The notes beneath the pieces are model-generated. The model saw only the letters and a program-made list of their open reading frames with translations, searched no databases and was not told the origin of the DNA. From the NCBI GenBank assembly GCA_963665115.1, contig OY762007.1, forward strand, positions 2,208,001 to 2,272,000: DNA of 64,000 nt, given 5' to 3'. Both the position numbers and the translations under genes were made by a program. Of the stretch, positions 12,268-21,522 are shown one piece after another (position 1 is the stretch's first letter; every line of letters begins with the position of its first letter). This stretch comes from an uncultured Rivularia sp. (GTDB taxonomy: Bacteria; Cyanobacteriota; Cyanobacteriia; Cyanobacteriales; Nostocaceae).

Positions 12268-12475
12268 GTAGTGCGAGCATCTTGCTCGCTAGATAAGTAA
12301 TGTCGTAGTGCGAGCATCTTGCTCGCTGGATAAGTAATGTCGTAGTGCGAGCATCTTGCTCGCTGGATAAGTAATGTCGTAGTGCGAGCATCTTGCTCGC
12401 TGGATAAGTAATGTTGTAGTGCGAGCATCTTGCTCGCTAGATAAGTAATGTTGTAGTGCGAGCATCTTGCTCGCT
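12268..12475. repeat. 37-bp tandem array: 6 copies of GTAGTGCGAGCATCTTGCTCGCT with near-identical 14-bp linkers
   Basis: Cores start at 12268, 12305, 12342, 12379, 12416, 12453; internal hairpin GCGAGCA-TCT-TGCTCGC. Confidence 0.95.
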
Positions 12476-12540
12476 CGTTATTTATCTAACTAGCAAGATG
12501 CTCTCTTGTTATTCATCTAGCAAACAAGATGTCGTATTAG

Positions 12541-12564
12541 AGGGCTAAAGCCCTTACTACAAAC
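12541..12564. repeat. Small palindromic dispersed repeat (AGGGCTAAAGCCCTTACTACAAAC)
   Basis: Related copy AAGGACTAAAGTCCTTACTACGAAC at 38875-38899. Confidence 0.7.
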
Positions 12565-12602
12565 ACATATAGTTTAAAGATTTTAGTTGAGGATGTTAAA
12601 CA

Positions 12603-13823
12603 ATGATTAGTCAGGCAAAGCAATCTCAATTAGTTATAAATCAACAACAATTAAATCATCGTCATTCTCAAATATTAGCCAATCACCAAGAATTAGAAAA
12701 AAAATATTTTCCGCAGGATATATATAATCTAAATAAACCAATTTCTCAACCATTACGAATAAAAAAATCCGATTACACTTTAGAAGAAAAGAGATTATTA
12801 GTTATAGCGCGATCGCAAGCTGCCAATTTGTGTAAAAGCAAAGGATACAACCCTTGGGAATTAAAATATAATCGGGCATACCAAAATTGTAATAATCCCT
12901 GTATAACTGTTGTTATTACACTCTTCAATTATTCTAAATATATTCATGAGTGTTTGAATAGTGTAGCTAATTCAGATATTTATAATTTACCAGGAGATAT
13001 TGAAGTTTTGGTAATTGATGATTGTTCAACTGATAATTCCGCAATTCTTGTGGAAGAATATTTAGAAAAATCAGATTTGCCAATATGTTTGATAAAAAAA
13101 TGGTTTAATACTGGTTTAGCCGAAGCAAGAAATATCGGTTTAGAAACAGCCAATTCACCCTATATATTTATTTTAGACGCTGATAATTGGATTTATCCCC
13201 ACTGTCTATCAGTTCTTTACGAACAAATAAATTCAAATAAATATGCTGCTGTTTATGCACAAATAAGCCAATTTGATAATGATACAAGAAAAGAATTAGG
13301 TAGAATCTCTTCTCACGAATGGGATGTCAACAAATTAGTCAGGCAGCCTTATATTGATGCTATGGCTATGTTTGATAGAGATATATTGCTTCAAGTCGGG
13401 GGATATTCTACAGATTTGATTGAGTATGGTTGGTTTGGATGGGATGACTATGATGTGTGGTTAAAATTAGCTCAAGCTAACTATGTTTGTAAGTTCGTTC
13501 CTCAAGTTCTTAGTGCATATAGAGTTCATTCAACTTCGATGATAAATACTACTAATAAATATGCACTTAACCTTGCTAAATATTTTTGTCAAAAGTTTGC
13601 CGATTTTGTTCAAAAATATCAGACATCGGAGATGATATTCGGTTTTTCTCAAAACGAATTATATCGCGAGCCATTTTACATTCTAGAGAATAATCCACAA
13701 TTGTTACTACAAGAATTACAGCTTGCTCGAAATCAAATTGTAGCTATGGAGTCGAGTAAGTTTTGGGAATTAAGAAATAAATGGCTCAAGCTAAAAAGTT
13801 TTTTAATTAAAATTAAAAACTAA
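12603..13823 (+). CDS. GT2 glycosyltransferase with C-terminal AMESSKFW tail
   Basis: IDDCSTD, GLAEARN, LDADN, WDDYD. Confidence 0.88.
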   Translation: MISQAKQSQLVINQQQLNHRHSQILANHQELEKKYFPQDIYNLNKPISQPLRIKKSDYTLEEKRLLVIARSQAANLCKSKGYNPWELKYNRAYQNCNNPCITVVITLFNYSKYIHECLNSVANSDIYNLPGDIEVLVIDDCSTDNSAILVEEYLEKSDLPICLIKKWFNTGLAEARNIGLETANSPYIFILDADNWIYPHCLSVLYEQINSNKYAAVYAQISQFDNDTRKELGRISSHEWDVNKLVRQPYIDAMAMFDRDILLQVGGYSTDLIEYGWFGWDDYDVWLKLAQANYVCKFVPQVLSAYRVHSTSMINTTNKYALNLAKYFCQKFADFVQKYQTSEMIFGFSQNELYREPFYILENNPQLLLQELQLARNQIVAMESSKFWELRNKWLKLKSFLIKIKN

Positions 13824-13830
13824 TTATATT

Positions 13831-14781
13831 GTGACGAAAAGTATGGGATTAAATTTGAATTATAAAGTAGCAGCTTACATTACAGCTTATCAAGATATAG
13901 AAGCACTTAAAAGTACTATTACTGCAATCCAAAAACAGTGTTATCCAATATTGGAAATATTTATTATCGACAATTCGATAAAACAAGTTATTATTGAAAA
14001 TAAAGATGAAAATATTACAGTTGAATTTCACCCCGAAAATATAGGTGTTGATGGCGGATTAAATATAGCTTTAAAATGGGCTATTGAGAAAAAATATGAT
14101 TTCCTTTGGCTTTTCGATCAGGATAGTCAACCAGCAGACGATAGTTTAAAAGTTTTATTAGCTAAATATCAAGAATTATCTGCAAAATATAATATTGGCA
14201 TACTTTCTCCTCAGATACTTGACATTAATACTTCGCAAGAATTCCCTGGATACGTTTTTCAAGATTATAAATTTGTACCAAAAACTGGATATGCTCAAGC
14301 AAAAGATTATTATACCTGTGATGGTGTAATCACTTCAGGCTCTCTTGTCAATTTAAACGCAGCTAAATCTGTTGAACTTCCTAAAGGGAATTTATTTCTG
14401 GATGCAGTGGATTATGCCTACTGTATGAATTTAAAATCCCAAGGTTATGAAATAATTGTAGTCAAAAATATAATTATGCAGCATCGTCTTGGTAATTATT
14501 CTAAAGTTAAAGATAGATTATCCAAGATAGACAACGAAATTTTAACTTTTACTTGTTCTCCATCTCGTTATTACTATGCCTGTCGAAATCATACTTATTT
14601 TGAAACTCGTCACTCAAATAAGCGAATGTTACATTTTTGTATTGTCTATAGATTAAAATGTCTTAGAGATATGATAATTAGGGTTATGCGTTACGAACCC
14701 GACTTAGTTTTTCTCAAAGTATGGGCTTGCACTTTTGGAACTTTTGACGGTTTTATAGGTAGGCTTGGTAAAACTTGGTAA
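13831..14781 (+). CDS. GT2 rhamnosyltransferase-like
   Basis: N.GV.GGLN, LFDQDS, ITSGSL, FLDAVD, RYYY..RN. Confidence 0.85.
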   Translation: MTKSMGLNLNYKVAAYITAYQDIEALKSTITAIQKQCYPILEIFIIDNSIKQVIIENKDENITVEFHPENIGVDGGLNIALKWAIEKKYDFLWLFDQDSQPADDSLKVLLAKYQELSAKYNIGILSPQILDINTSQEFPGYVFQDYKFVPKTGYAQAKDYYTCDGVITSGSLVNLNAAKSVELPKGNLFLDAVDYAYCMNLKSQGYEIIVVKNIIMQHRLGNYSKVKDRLSKIDNEILTFTCSPSRYYYACRNHTYFETRHSNKRMLHFCIVYRLKCLRDMIIRVMRYEPDLVFLKVWACTFGTFDGFIGRLGKTW

Positions 14782-14874
14782 AGTTATTATTTTTCTAAGC
14801 TAAAAATTACCTGTTAAAATTTTATTCCAAAATGGAAGTAAGATGAAAATTCAGGGATAGTTTATAACAAATCA

Positions 14875-15420
14875 ATGAAAATCATTTTTGCTGAAATTCC
14901 TGATATTCTAATTCTCGAACCACAAATCTTTCAAGATAATCGTGGTTTTTTCTTTGAAGCTTTTAATTTAAAAAAATTTGCCGATAAAACAGGTATTAAT
15001 GTTAACTTCGTTCAAGATAATCATTCTTACTCAAAACGAAGCGTATTGCGGGGTTTACATTACCAAATCGAGCAACCGCAAGGAAAATTAGTACGTGCTG
15101 TTGTTGGTAGTATATTTGACGTAGCAGTAGATATTCGGAAAAGCTCTCCTACTTTCGGTAAATGGGTGGGCTATGAAATCAGCGCTGAAAATAAGCGTCA
15201 AATGTGGGTACCATCAGGTTTTGCTCATGGTTTTGTGGTGCTTTCCGAAGTTGCAGAAGTTCTTTATAAAACTACAGATTATTACGCACCTCGTGGAGAA
15301 CGTACTATCCTTTGGAACGATACCGATTTAAGTATTGATTGGCAAATAAGCGATCGCCCAATTGTTTCTGATAAAGATGCAGCAGGTAAATCTTTTAAAA
15401 TCGCTGAAGTTTTTCCTTGA
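14875..15420 (+). CDS. rfbC: dTDP-4-dehydrorhamnose 3,5-epimerase
   Basis: DNRGFF, FVQDNHS, LRGLHYQ, QGKLV, DVAVDIR, GFAHGF. Confidence 0.97.
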   Translation: MKIIFAEIPDILILEPQIFQDNRGFFFEAFNLKKFADKTGINVNFVQDNHSYSKRSVLRGLHYQIEQPQGKLVRAVVGSIFDVAVDIRKSSPTFGKWVGYEISAENKRQMWVPSGFAHGFVVLSEVAEVLYKTTDYYAPRGERTILWNDTDLSIDWQISDRPIVSDKDAAGKSFKIAEVFP

Positions 15421-15464
15421 TGTATTAATCAATTGCAATTAATTCGTTGTGAAATTGAAACCAG

Positions 15465-15494
15465 TGTAGAGACGTGATATATCATGTCTCTACA
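15465..15494. repeat. Palindromic small dispersed repeat between convergent genes; possible bidirectional terminator
   Basis: TGTAGAGACGTGATATATCATGTCTCTACA; related copy GGAGACGTAGCAGTGCTGCGTCTCTACA at 31255-31282. Confidence 0.75.
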
Positions 15495-15523
15495 TTATGT
15501 TAGTAAAATTTCTAATTTTAGGT

Positions 15524-17122
15524 TTAAACTACAGCGCCAAAATCCTGTGTCCAATAAGTGTTGTAGTTTATTTCTCCGGTGTCGTTTGCCAGGTAATGAT
15601 ACCCAATTCCAACTTCTTTATAGTTCGGATTGAGAATATTTTCGCGATGTCCGGGACTATTCATCCATCCTCTGACAACTTCTTCAGCTGTAATGTAGCC
15701 TGCTGCAATGTTTTCCCCTACATAAGATGATTGGTAGCCTGCCGATTTAGTGCGATCGCTAACTCTAGTACCGTTGGAACCTGTATGGCTAAAGAAGTCA
15801 CTTAAAGCCATATCTTCACTATGTACTTGAGCAGATTCGGATAGGTTCATATTTAAAGTTAGAAGCTGCAAACCATGCTGACTGCGATAAGAATTTGTCA
15901 GTGCAACAACTTCTTCAATTAGAGGATTTATAGTCGGAGGTAAGGCAGCAGACTCAGGTGTGGGAGAAGTTGGAGTAGCTGGAACGGGTGAAGATTCATT
16001 CAAAACTATGGTATTAGATTCAGTATCTATCGGAGTTACAGACAGGCTCAAATTATAGTTACTATTAGATTCTTCTATTCCTTGGAAAACCCTAATATAG
16101 TAGGTTCCAGTTTCCAAATTATTAGTGCTTAAGAATTCGTTGATGTTACTATTGCTGGCAGCACGAGAGACGATTTCACCGCTGCCGTTCAACAATTCCA
16201 CATCTACGTCTGCACTTAATCCGTTAATTGTTATTTCGAGATTGCTGTTGGGATTATTCAAACTCAAACTATAAAAATCGTCTGTGTCAGAGTAGCCAAT
16301 AGAGTCTCTAAAAACTATTTCCCCAGAGTTTAAAGCTACTGCACGAGAGCTTTCTAAGCTGTTACCAGCATAGTCGGTTTCAATAAATTCACTGGCATTA
16401 AGTCCGTTACTTAAACCCGTAGTGACGAAGTGTTCGTAAGCATCGCTATAAGTAAAACCCAAGTTGTTTAATTCAGGATTGTTGTCTAAATAGTACTTGA
16501 CATCAAATCCCGGTGCTGATGCTCTGCCTTCATTTAAACCATTGAGTACAAAATGCTCTAAAAGCTGCTTGTTATCTAATGAACTAGCTGCTAAATCGGC
16601 ATGAGCATTTTTATAGAATTGTGCATCAAAAGCAGGTGAAAAAGAATCGCCACTATTCAAACCTTCAATTACCAAATTATCAAATGCCTTTTTATAGCTA
16701 TTACCAAAGGCTTGAGCAACATCAGGATTATCAGCCAAATAATAGTCAACGTTGAAAAATGGTGAAAAGGAATCTCCTGCCGCTATACCCCGATTTTTTA
16801 AATCCTCAAATAGTTCTTCGTAATTTAAATCAGCTAAATTACTATTACTTTCTTGGTAGAAATTTAAGTCAACAAGCGAAGAGAATTTTCGCCCCTGGCT
16901 GACACCATAATTCACTAAATGCTCGTAAGCTTGTCTGTTATTTAAGTCAGCTAGATCGCTATTACTAGCACGATAAAAATCTAAATCAACTAATGATGAA
17001 AATTCCAGACCATTTTCTAAACCGTAATTTTTAAAATGCGACCATGATTGGTTATCGCTTAAGCCATTCAAATCTGAATTAGCCGAGCGATAGAAGTTAG
17101 CATCAAATAAATTGATAGGCAT
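15524..17122 (-). CDS. Surface protein: FDxxFY/NPDL-type repeats + PPC-like domain + Pro/Thr linker + CAP (SCP) domain
   Basis: Repeats FDANFYRSANSDL, VDLDFYRASNSDL, FDVKYYLDNNPEL; DTDDFY...GTYYIRV; FFSHTG, GENIAAG, WMNSPGHRENIL, YWTQDFG. Start taken at MPINL. Confidence 0.8.
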   Translation of the reverse strand: MPINLFDANFYRSANSDLNGLSDNQSWSHFKNYGLENGLEFSSLVDLDFYRASNSDLADLNNRQAYEHLVNYGVSQGRKFSSLVDLNFYQESNSNLADLNYEELFEDLKNRGIAAGDSFSPFFNVDYYLADNPDVAQAFGNSYKKAFDNLVIEGLNSGDSFSPAFDAQFYKNAHADLAASSLDNKQLLEHFVLNGLNEGRASAPGFDVKYYLDNNPELNNLGFTYSDAYEHFVTTGLSNGLNASEFIETDYAGNSLESSRAVALNSGEIVFRDSIGYSDTDDFYSLSLNNPNSNLEITINGLSADVDVELLNGSGEIVSRAASNSNINEFLSTNNLETGTYYIRVFQGIEESNSNYNLSLSVTPIDTESNTIVLNESSPVPATPTSPTPESAALPPTINPLIEEVVALTNSYRSQHGLQLLTLNMNLSESAQVHSEDMALSDFFSHTGSNGTRVSDRTKSAGYQSSYVGENIAAGYITAEEVVRGWMNSPGHRENILNPNYKEVGIGYHYLANDTGEINYNTYWTQDFGAVV

Positions 17123-18010
17123 AGGTTTATTAGGGAACAACACAAAAAAACATTGCAAACGTTTGCTTTCGTCAGGGTTCCTATACCACGTGGCTAAAAT
17201 CATAAAACCAGAAGTTTTATAATTTTAAGAAAAAATTAAACATTCATTCAACTACGGATTATAGCAAGATTAGCACACTAAATTTTGTCTACTACTATAA
17301 GTAGTATTTCTAAGTAGGTAGGTTATATTTTTGAAAAACAACCTATTTGTAAGCGATTCACAGAATCTTCATAAACATCAATGTAAACAAATACTAAACA
17401 CTTTAACTACATACATAAGTATTTTTTAACATTAATTATTTTTTAACTGTAGAAATTTAAATCATGTTATAAGAAAATACTTTTGTATCTATCTATATAT
17501 TTGTGAGCAAAAATAATTATTCAAGCCTAAAAACTTTACCCAAAGACTTATCTATTTAGCTAAATTAGCTGATAAGAAAATATTATGTGAAAAAAGAAGA
17601 TTCAACAATACAATATTTATAGTATTTAAGATTAATTTGTTATGTAAGTTTAGTGATTATAGGATATGTACTGAAATAAAATTTAAACCGATTGCTGATT
17701 ATAAGTCCTTGAAGCTACATTTAATCTATTATTTAAACTGATAGATAACATTTAAATTATAAAATTATTGAGCAAAAATAATGTGTTTATATTAAAAACA
17801 ATTAATAGTGTTATCCTTATTTTTGACCTGCCAACGATAATACTTAGTTCTTTTTGTCTGGAACATTAAAAATACTAATGTAAACTTTTATTTATCTCCT
17901 TAATTCTCATTGCATAACTATTGATGGGCGATCGCCTTTCAAGATATTATTTTTCTACATGGATAGAATTTGTAGACTAGTTTATAGGCTAGAAATGTGG
18001 GGAGTATTTC

Positions 18011-18903
18011 ATGGTGAGTAAATCAATTTTGCTAATTGGCTGTAATGGTCAAGTAGGTACTCAATTAACAAAAACTCTTCAACCTTACAACAATTTGATA
18101 CCTGTAGCGCGGCCGGTAGTGGAGCTTGCTCAACCTGAAACGATAAAGGACTTAATTAAGCAACATCAACCAGAAACGATCGTTAACGCTGCTGCTTATA
18201 CTTCCGTAGATAAAGCTGAAAGCGAACCCGAATTAGCAAACACAGTTAATGCTATAGCTTCAAAAGTTTTAGCTGAAGAAGCTGAAAAATTGCGGGCTTT
18301 ATTGATTCATATCTCTACTGATTATGTTTTCGATGGTAAAACCAGTTGCCCTTATCAGGAAAACGATCCAACTAACCCTTTAAGCGTTTACGGCAAGACT
18401 AAATTAGCCGCAGAACAAGCTATTCGGTTAAATTGTAGCAACCATATAATTCTGCGTACAGCCTGGGTTTATGGGACAGGAGGTAAAAGCAACTTTGTCA
18501 AAACAATGTTGCGATTAGGAGCAGAAAAGACAGAACTCAAGATAGTCGCCGATCAAATAGGTAGTCCCACCAGGGCAAAAGATATAGCGCAAACTATAGC
18601 CTTACTAATTTCTCAGAATCCTTGTGAAACTGGCACTTACCACTACACAAACAGCGGTGTAGCCAGTTGGTATGACTTTGCTGTTGCCATTTTTGAAGAA
18701 GCAAGATTATTAAACTTTCCTTTGAAGATTGAGCGCGTCATTCCTATTACTACTTCCGAATACCCGACTCCTGCGACTCGTCCCCTAAATATTCAGTTCT
18801 TAATTGCGCCAAAATATCACCGAAGCTGGAATCCTATCCACCTCATTGGCGACAAAGCCTTAGAGAAATGCTTCAAGAACTTCGACAATTAAGTCAATTG
18901 TGA
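18011..18903 (+). CDS. rfbD: dTDP-4-dehydrorhamnose reductase; frameshift at CCCC 18782-18785
   Basis: GCNGQVG, NAAAYT.VD.AE, HISTDYVFDG, YGKTK. The true C-terminus RPKYSVLNC...HWRQSL is in the shifted frame ending TGA 18903. Confidence 0.93.
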
Positions 18904-18980
18904 ATTATAAAAGCTAAAAGATTTATTAGCTGTGTGTTTTGTACTAACTTGATTCCCTCTCGGCTGAATTCCCAAAATAT

Positions 18981-20057
18981 ATGAAAGCATTAATCCTCTC
19001 TGGCGGTAAAGGTACCCGACTGCGCCCCCTTACTTACACTGGAGCTAAACAACTTGTACCTGTCGCCAACAAACCTATTTTATGGTATGGCATCGAAGAA
19101 ATGGTAGCAGCCGGTATTACTGATATCGGTATCATTATTTCACCAGAGACTGGAGAAGAAGTAAAATCTCAAACCGGAAATGGGGATAAATTTGCAGTCA
19201 ATATCACCTATATTTTACAAGAGCAACCAGCAGGACTTGCTCATGCGGTGAAAGTTGCACAACCTTTCTTAGGAGATTCACCTTTTGTAATGTACTTAGG
19301 TGATAATCTTATTCAACAAGGTGACTTAAGTTATTTTCTCAAACAATTTCAACAGCAACACCACGATGCATTAATACTATTGCGTGCTGTTGATAATCCT
19401 AGTGCGTTCGGAGTCGCTAAAGTCGATGAAAGTGGCAAAGTTTTAGAACTAATTGAAAAACCAAAGCTTCCTCCTTCCAATTTAGCTTTGGTAGGGGTTT
19501 ATTTCTTTTCTGAAATTATTCACCAAGCCATTGCCTGTATTAAACCTTCGGCAAGGGGTGAATTAGAAATTACTGACGCTATTCAATATTTAATTAGTCA
19601 GAAAAAGCAGGTGTTAGCCTGTAAGCTTGAGGGTTGGTGGCTAGATACAGGGAAAAAAGATGATTTATTAGAAGCTAATCGTTTAATTCTTGATACCAGC
19701 TTACAAACATTGATTTCTGGAGAGGTAGATAGCCAAAGTCAAGTAATTGGCAGAGTGCAAATCGGCTCCGACTCAAAAGTCATTAACTGCACGATTCGCG
19801 GCCCCGTAATTATTGGAGATAATTGTCATTTAGAAAATTGTTTTATTGGTCCTTATACCAGCATTGCTGACGAATCAACTTTAGTAGATACCGAGTTAGA
19901 ACACAGTGTAGTTTTGCAAGGTGCTAAGATATCCGGAATTCATCAAAGAATTATTGATAGTTTAATAGGGCAAAGGGCGCAGGTAACACTTGCACCCCGT
20001 CGTCCTAAAGCCTTGCGATTTATGATTGGTGACGACTCTCAAATAGAATTATCATAA
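18981..20057 (+). CDS. rfbA: Glucose-1-phosphate thymidylyltransferase (long form)
   Basis: LSGGKGTRLRPLT..GAKQL, YLGDN, SARGELEITD, WLDTG. Confidence 0.95.
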   Translation: MKALILSGGKGTRLRPLTYTGAKQLVPVANKPILWYGIEEMVAAGITDIGIIISPETGEEVKSQTGNGDKFAVNITYILQEQPAGLAHAVKVAQPFLGDSPFVMYLGDNLIQQGDLSYFLKQFQQQHHDALILLRAVDNPSAFGVAKVDESGKVLELIEKPKLPPSNLALVGVYFFSEIIHQAIACIKPSARGELEITDAIQYLISQKKQVLACKLEGWWLDTGKKDDLLEANRLILDTSLQTLISGEVDSQSQVIGRVQIGSDSKVINCTIRGPVIIGDNCHLENCFIGPYTSIADESTLVDTELEHSVVLQGAKISGIHQRIIDSLIGQRAQVTLAPRRPKALRFMIGDDSQIELS

Positions 20058-20537
20058 ATTCAAAGGTAATGGGGAACAAAGGAAAAAGACGATATTAGTT
20101 CAAAATAATTTTTAGATAATTTCTAATATTATTTTGACGTAACTTGTGCTGAAAAAATTAAATATATTGCCTGTTAACTATTTCTCGAACGTACCGAAAC
20201 TTTTAACAGTTAAATCAGATTGCTATCAATTTTTTAAATTGTTACTTAAAAACTGTATGTTTTATAACTAATACAATTAAATTATCGTGATATTTTTGCA
20301 TGACAGTTTAAATAGCGCCTAATGAACTTTTGAAAATAAATATGTTCTAGTATTAATAGAATTTATTTGAATATATTAGGTAGCATTATTTATCTAGTCC
20401 GTCAATTTATAGTTCCGAAAACGGTCAAACCTTGAAGTCGTTATCAAATTAATTAGGAAACTGACTGAGATGAATCATCTAAAAATTAGATGCTCTAAGT
20501 TTCTTATCAAATTTAGATAGGTTTGCCTAGTTTTTAA

Positions 20538-21407
20538 GTGATTTATTTTTTAATAGTTAATTATTACTCTACGACTCTTGTCCGTAAACTAATTAGCTCT
20601 ATTCCAGTAAACATAAATGTTGAGTACCAAATAGTTATAGTTAACAACTCCCCAGAAGACTATTCTATTAAAGAACTCAGCGCTCCATCAGTCCTCATTG
20701 TTGATAATCAAAGTAATTTAGGGTTTGGTTGTGCTTGTAATCTAGGGCTTCAGTGGATTTACAAAAGAGATAGACAAGCTACTATTTGGATAATTAATCC
20801 AGATGCTTATTTTAAAGAGATATCTTTAGAGAAGGTAAAAAGTTTTTTTGATTTACATCCAGAAGTTTCTATTCTTGGCACTATTATTCATACACCTACA
20901 AATAAAATTTGGTTTGCTGGTGGTAGCTTTTTATCTCAGACTGGATCAATATCAACACCAGATTTATTAACAAATACAAATGTAGACTATGTTGTATGTG
21001 ATTGGGTTTCAGGTTGTAGCTTAATAGTTAATCTGCTTAATTTTTCTGATTGTCCGCAATTTGATGAAGCTTACTTTCTATATTACGAAGATTTCGATTT
21101 TTGTAGACGCTATGCTAATCAAGGATATTTAATTGCTGTAACTAAAGATTTCGGTGTACTTCATCAGCCTTCATCAATCACAAATAGGTATATTCTTAAA
21201 AAAATTAAACATAGTACCTATAGTTATTTACTAACTTTAGAAAAATATACCAATGATTTAATTTTAACGATTAGATTAATTAGACTCGCTATTAATGCTC
21301 TAGTCTTAATTTTTATTCAACCCAAAGCAGCATTTGGAAAATTTTTCGGACTAATAATGTATGCTCGCCAAGTAGCTAGAAAAACTAAATTGAAGTTATT
21401 AGACTAA
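20538..21407 (+). CDS. GT2 glycosyltransferase (WbbL/rhamnosyltransferase-like)
   Basis: IVNY, NLGFG..CN, INPD, FDE.YFLYYED.D. Confidence 0.88.
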   Translation: MIYFLIVNYYSTTLVRKLISSIPVNINVEYQIVIVNNSPEDYSIKELSAPSVLIVDNQSNLGFGCACNLGLQWIYKRDRQATIWIINPDAYFKEISLEKVKSFFDLHPEVSILGTIIHTPTNKIWFAGGSFLSQTGSISTPDLLTNTNVDYVVCDWVSGCSLIVNLLNFSDCPQFDEAYFLYYEDFDFCRRYANQGYLIAVTKDFGVLHQPSSITNRYILKKIKHSTYSYLLTLEKYTNDLILTIRLIRLAINALVLIFIQPKAAFGKFFGLIMYARQVARKTKLKLLD

Positions 21408-21437
21408 TAATCAACAATCCTAACTGAATTTCTCATC

Positions 21438-21508
21438 AGTTGTTAGTTGTTAGTTGTTAGTTGTTAGTTGCAATCCTAACTCCCAACTCCTAACTCCTAA
21501 CTCCTAAT
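21438..21508. repeat. Heptamer STRR arrays (TGTTAGT)n and (CTCCTAA)n
   Basis: Direct reading; between convergent genes. Confidence 0.9.
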
Positions 21509-21522
21509 TTTGCGATCTAACT

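Noticed and set aside
12167..12428. Minus-strand ORFs of 61-74 aa
   Set aside because: Translations of the 37-bp tandem repeat.
12268..12475. CRISPR array
   Set aside because: Spacers are only 14 bp and nearly identical, no cas genes are present, and the core is a dispersed repeat.
17311..17418. Possible decayed MITE (TAAGTAGGTAGGTT...AACTACATACATAA)
   Set aside because: Termini are too degenerate in very AT-rich DNA to support.
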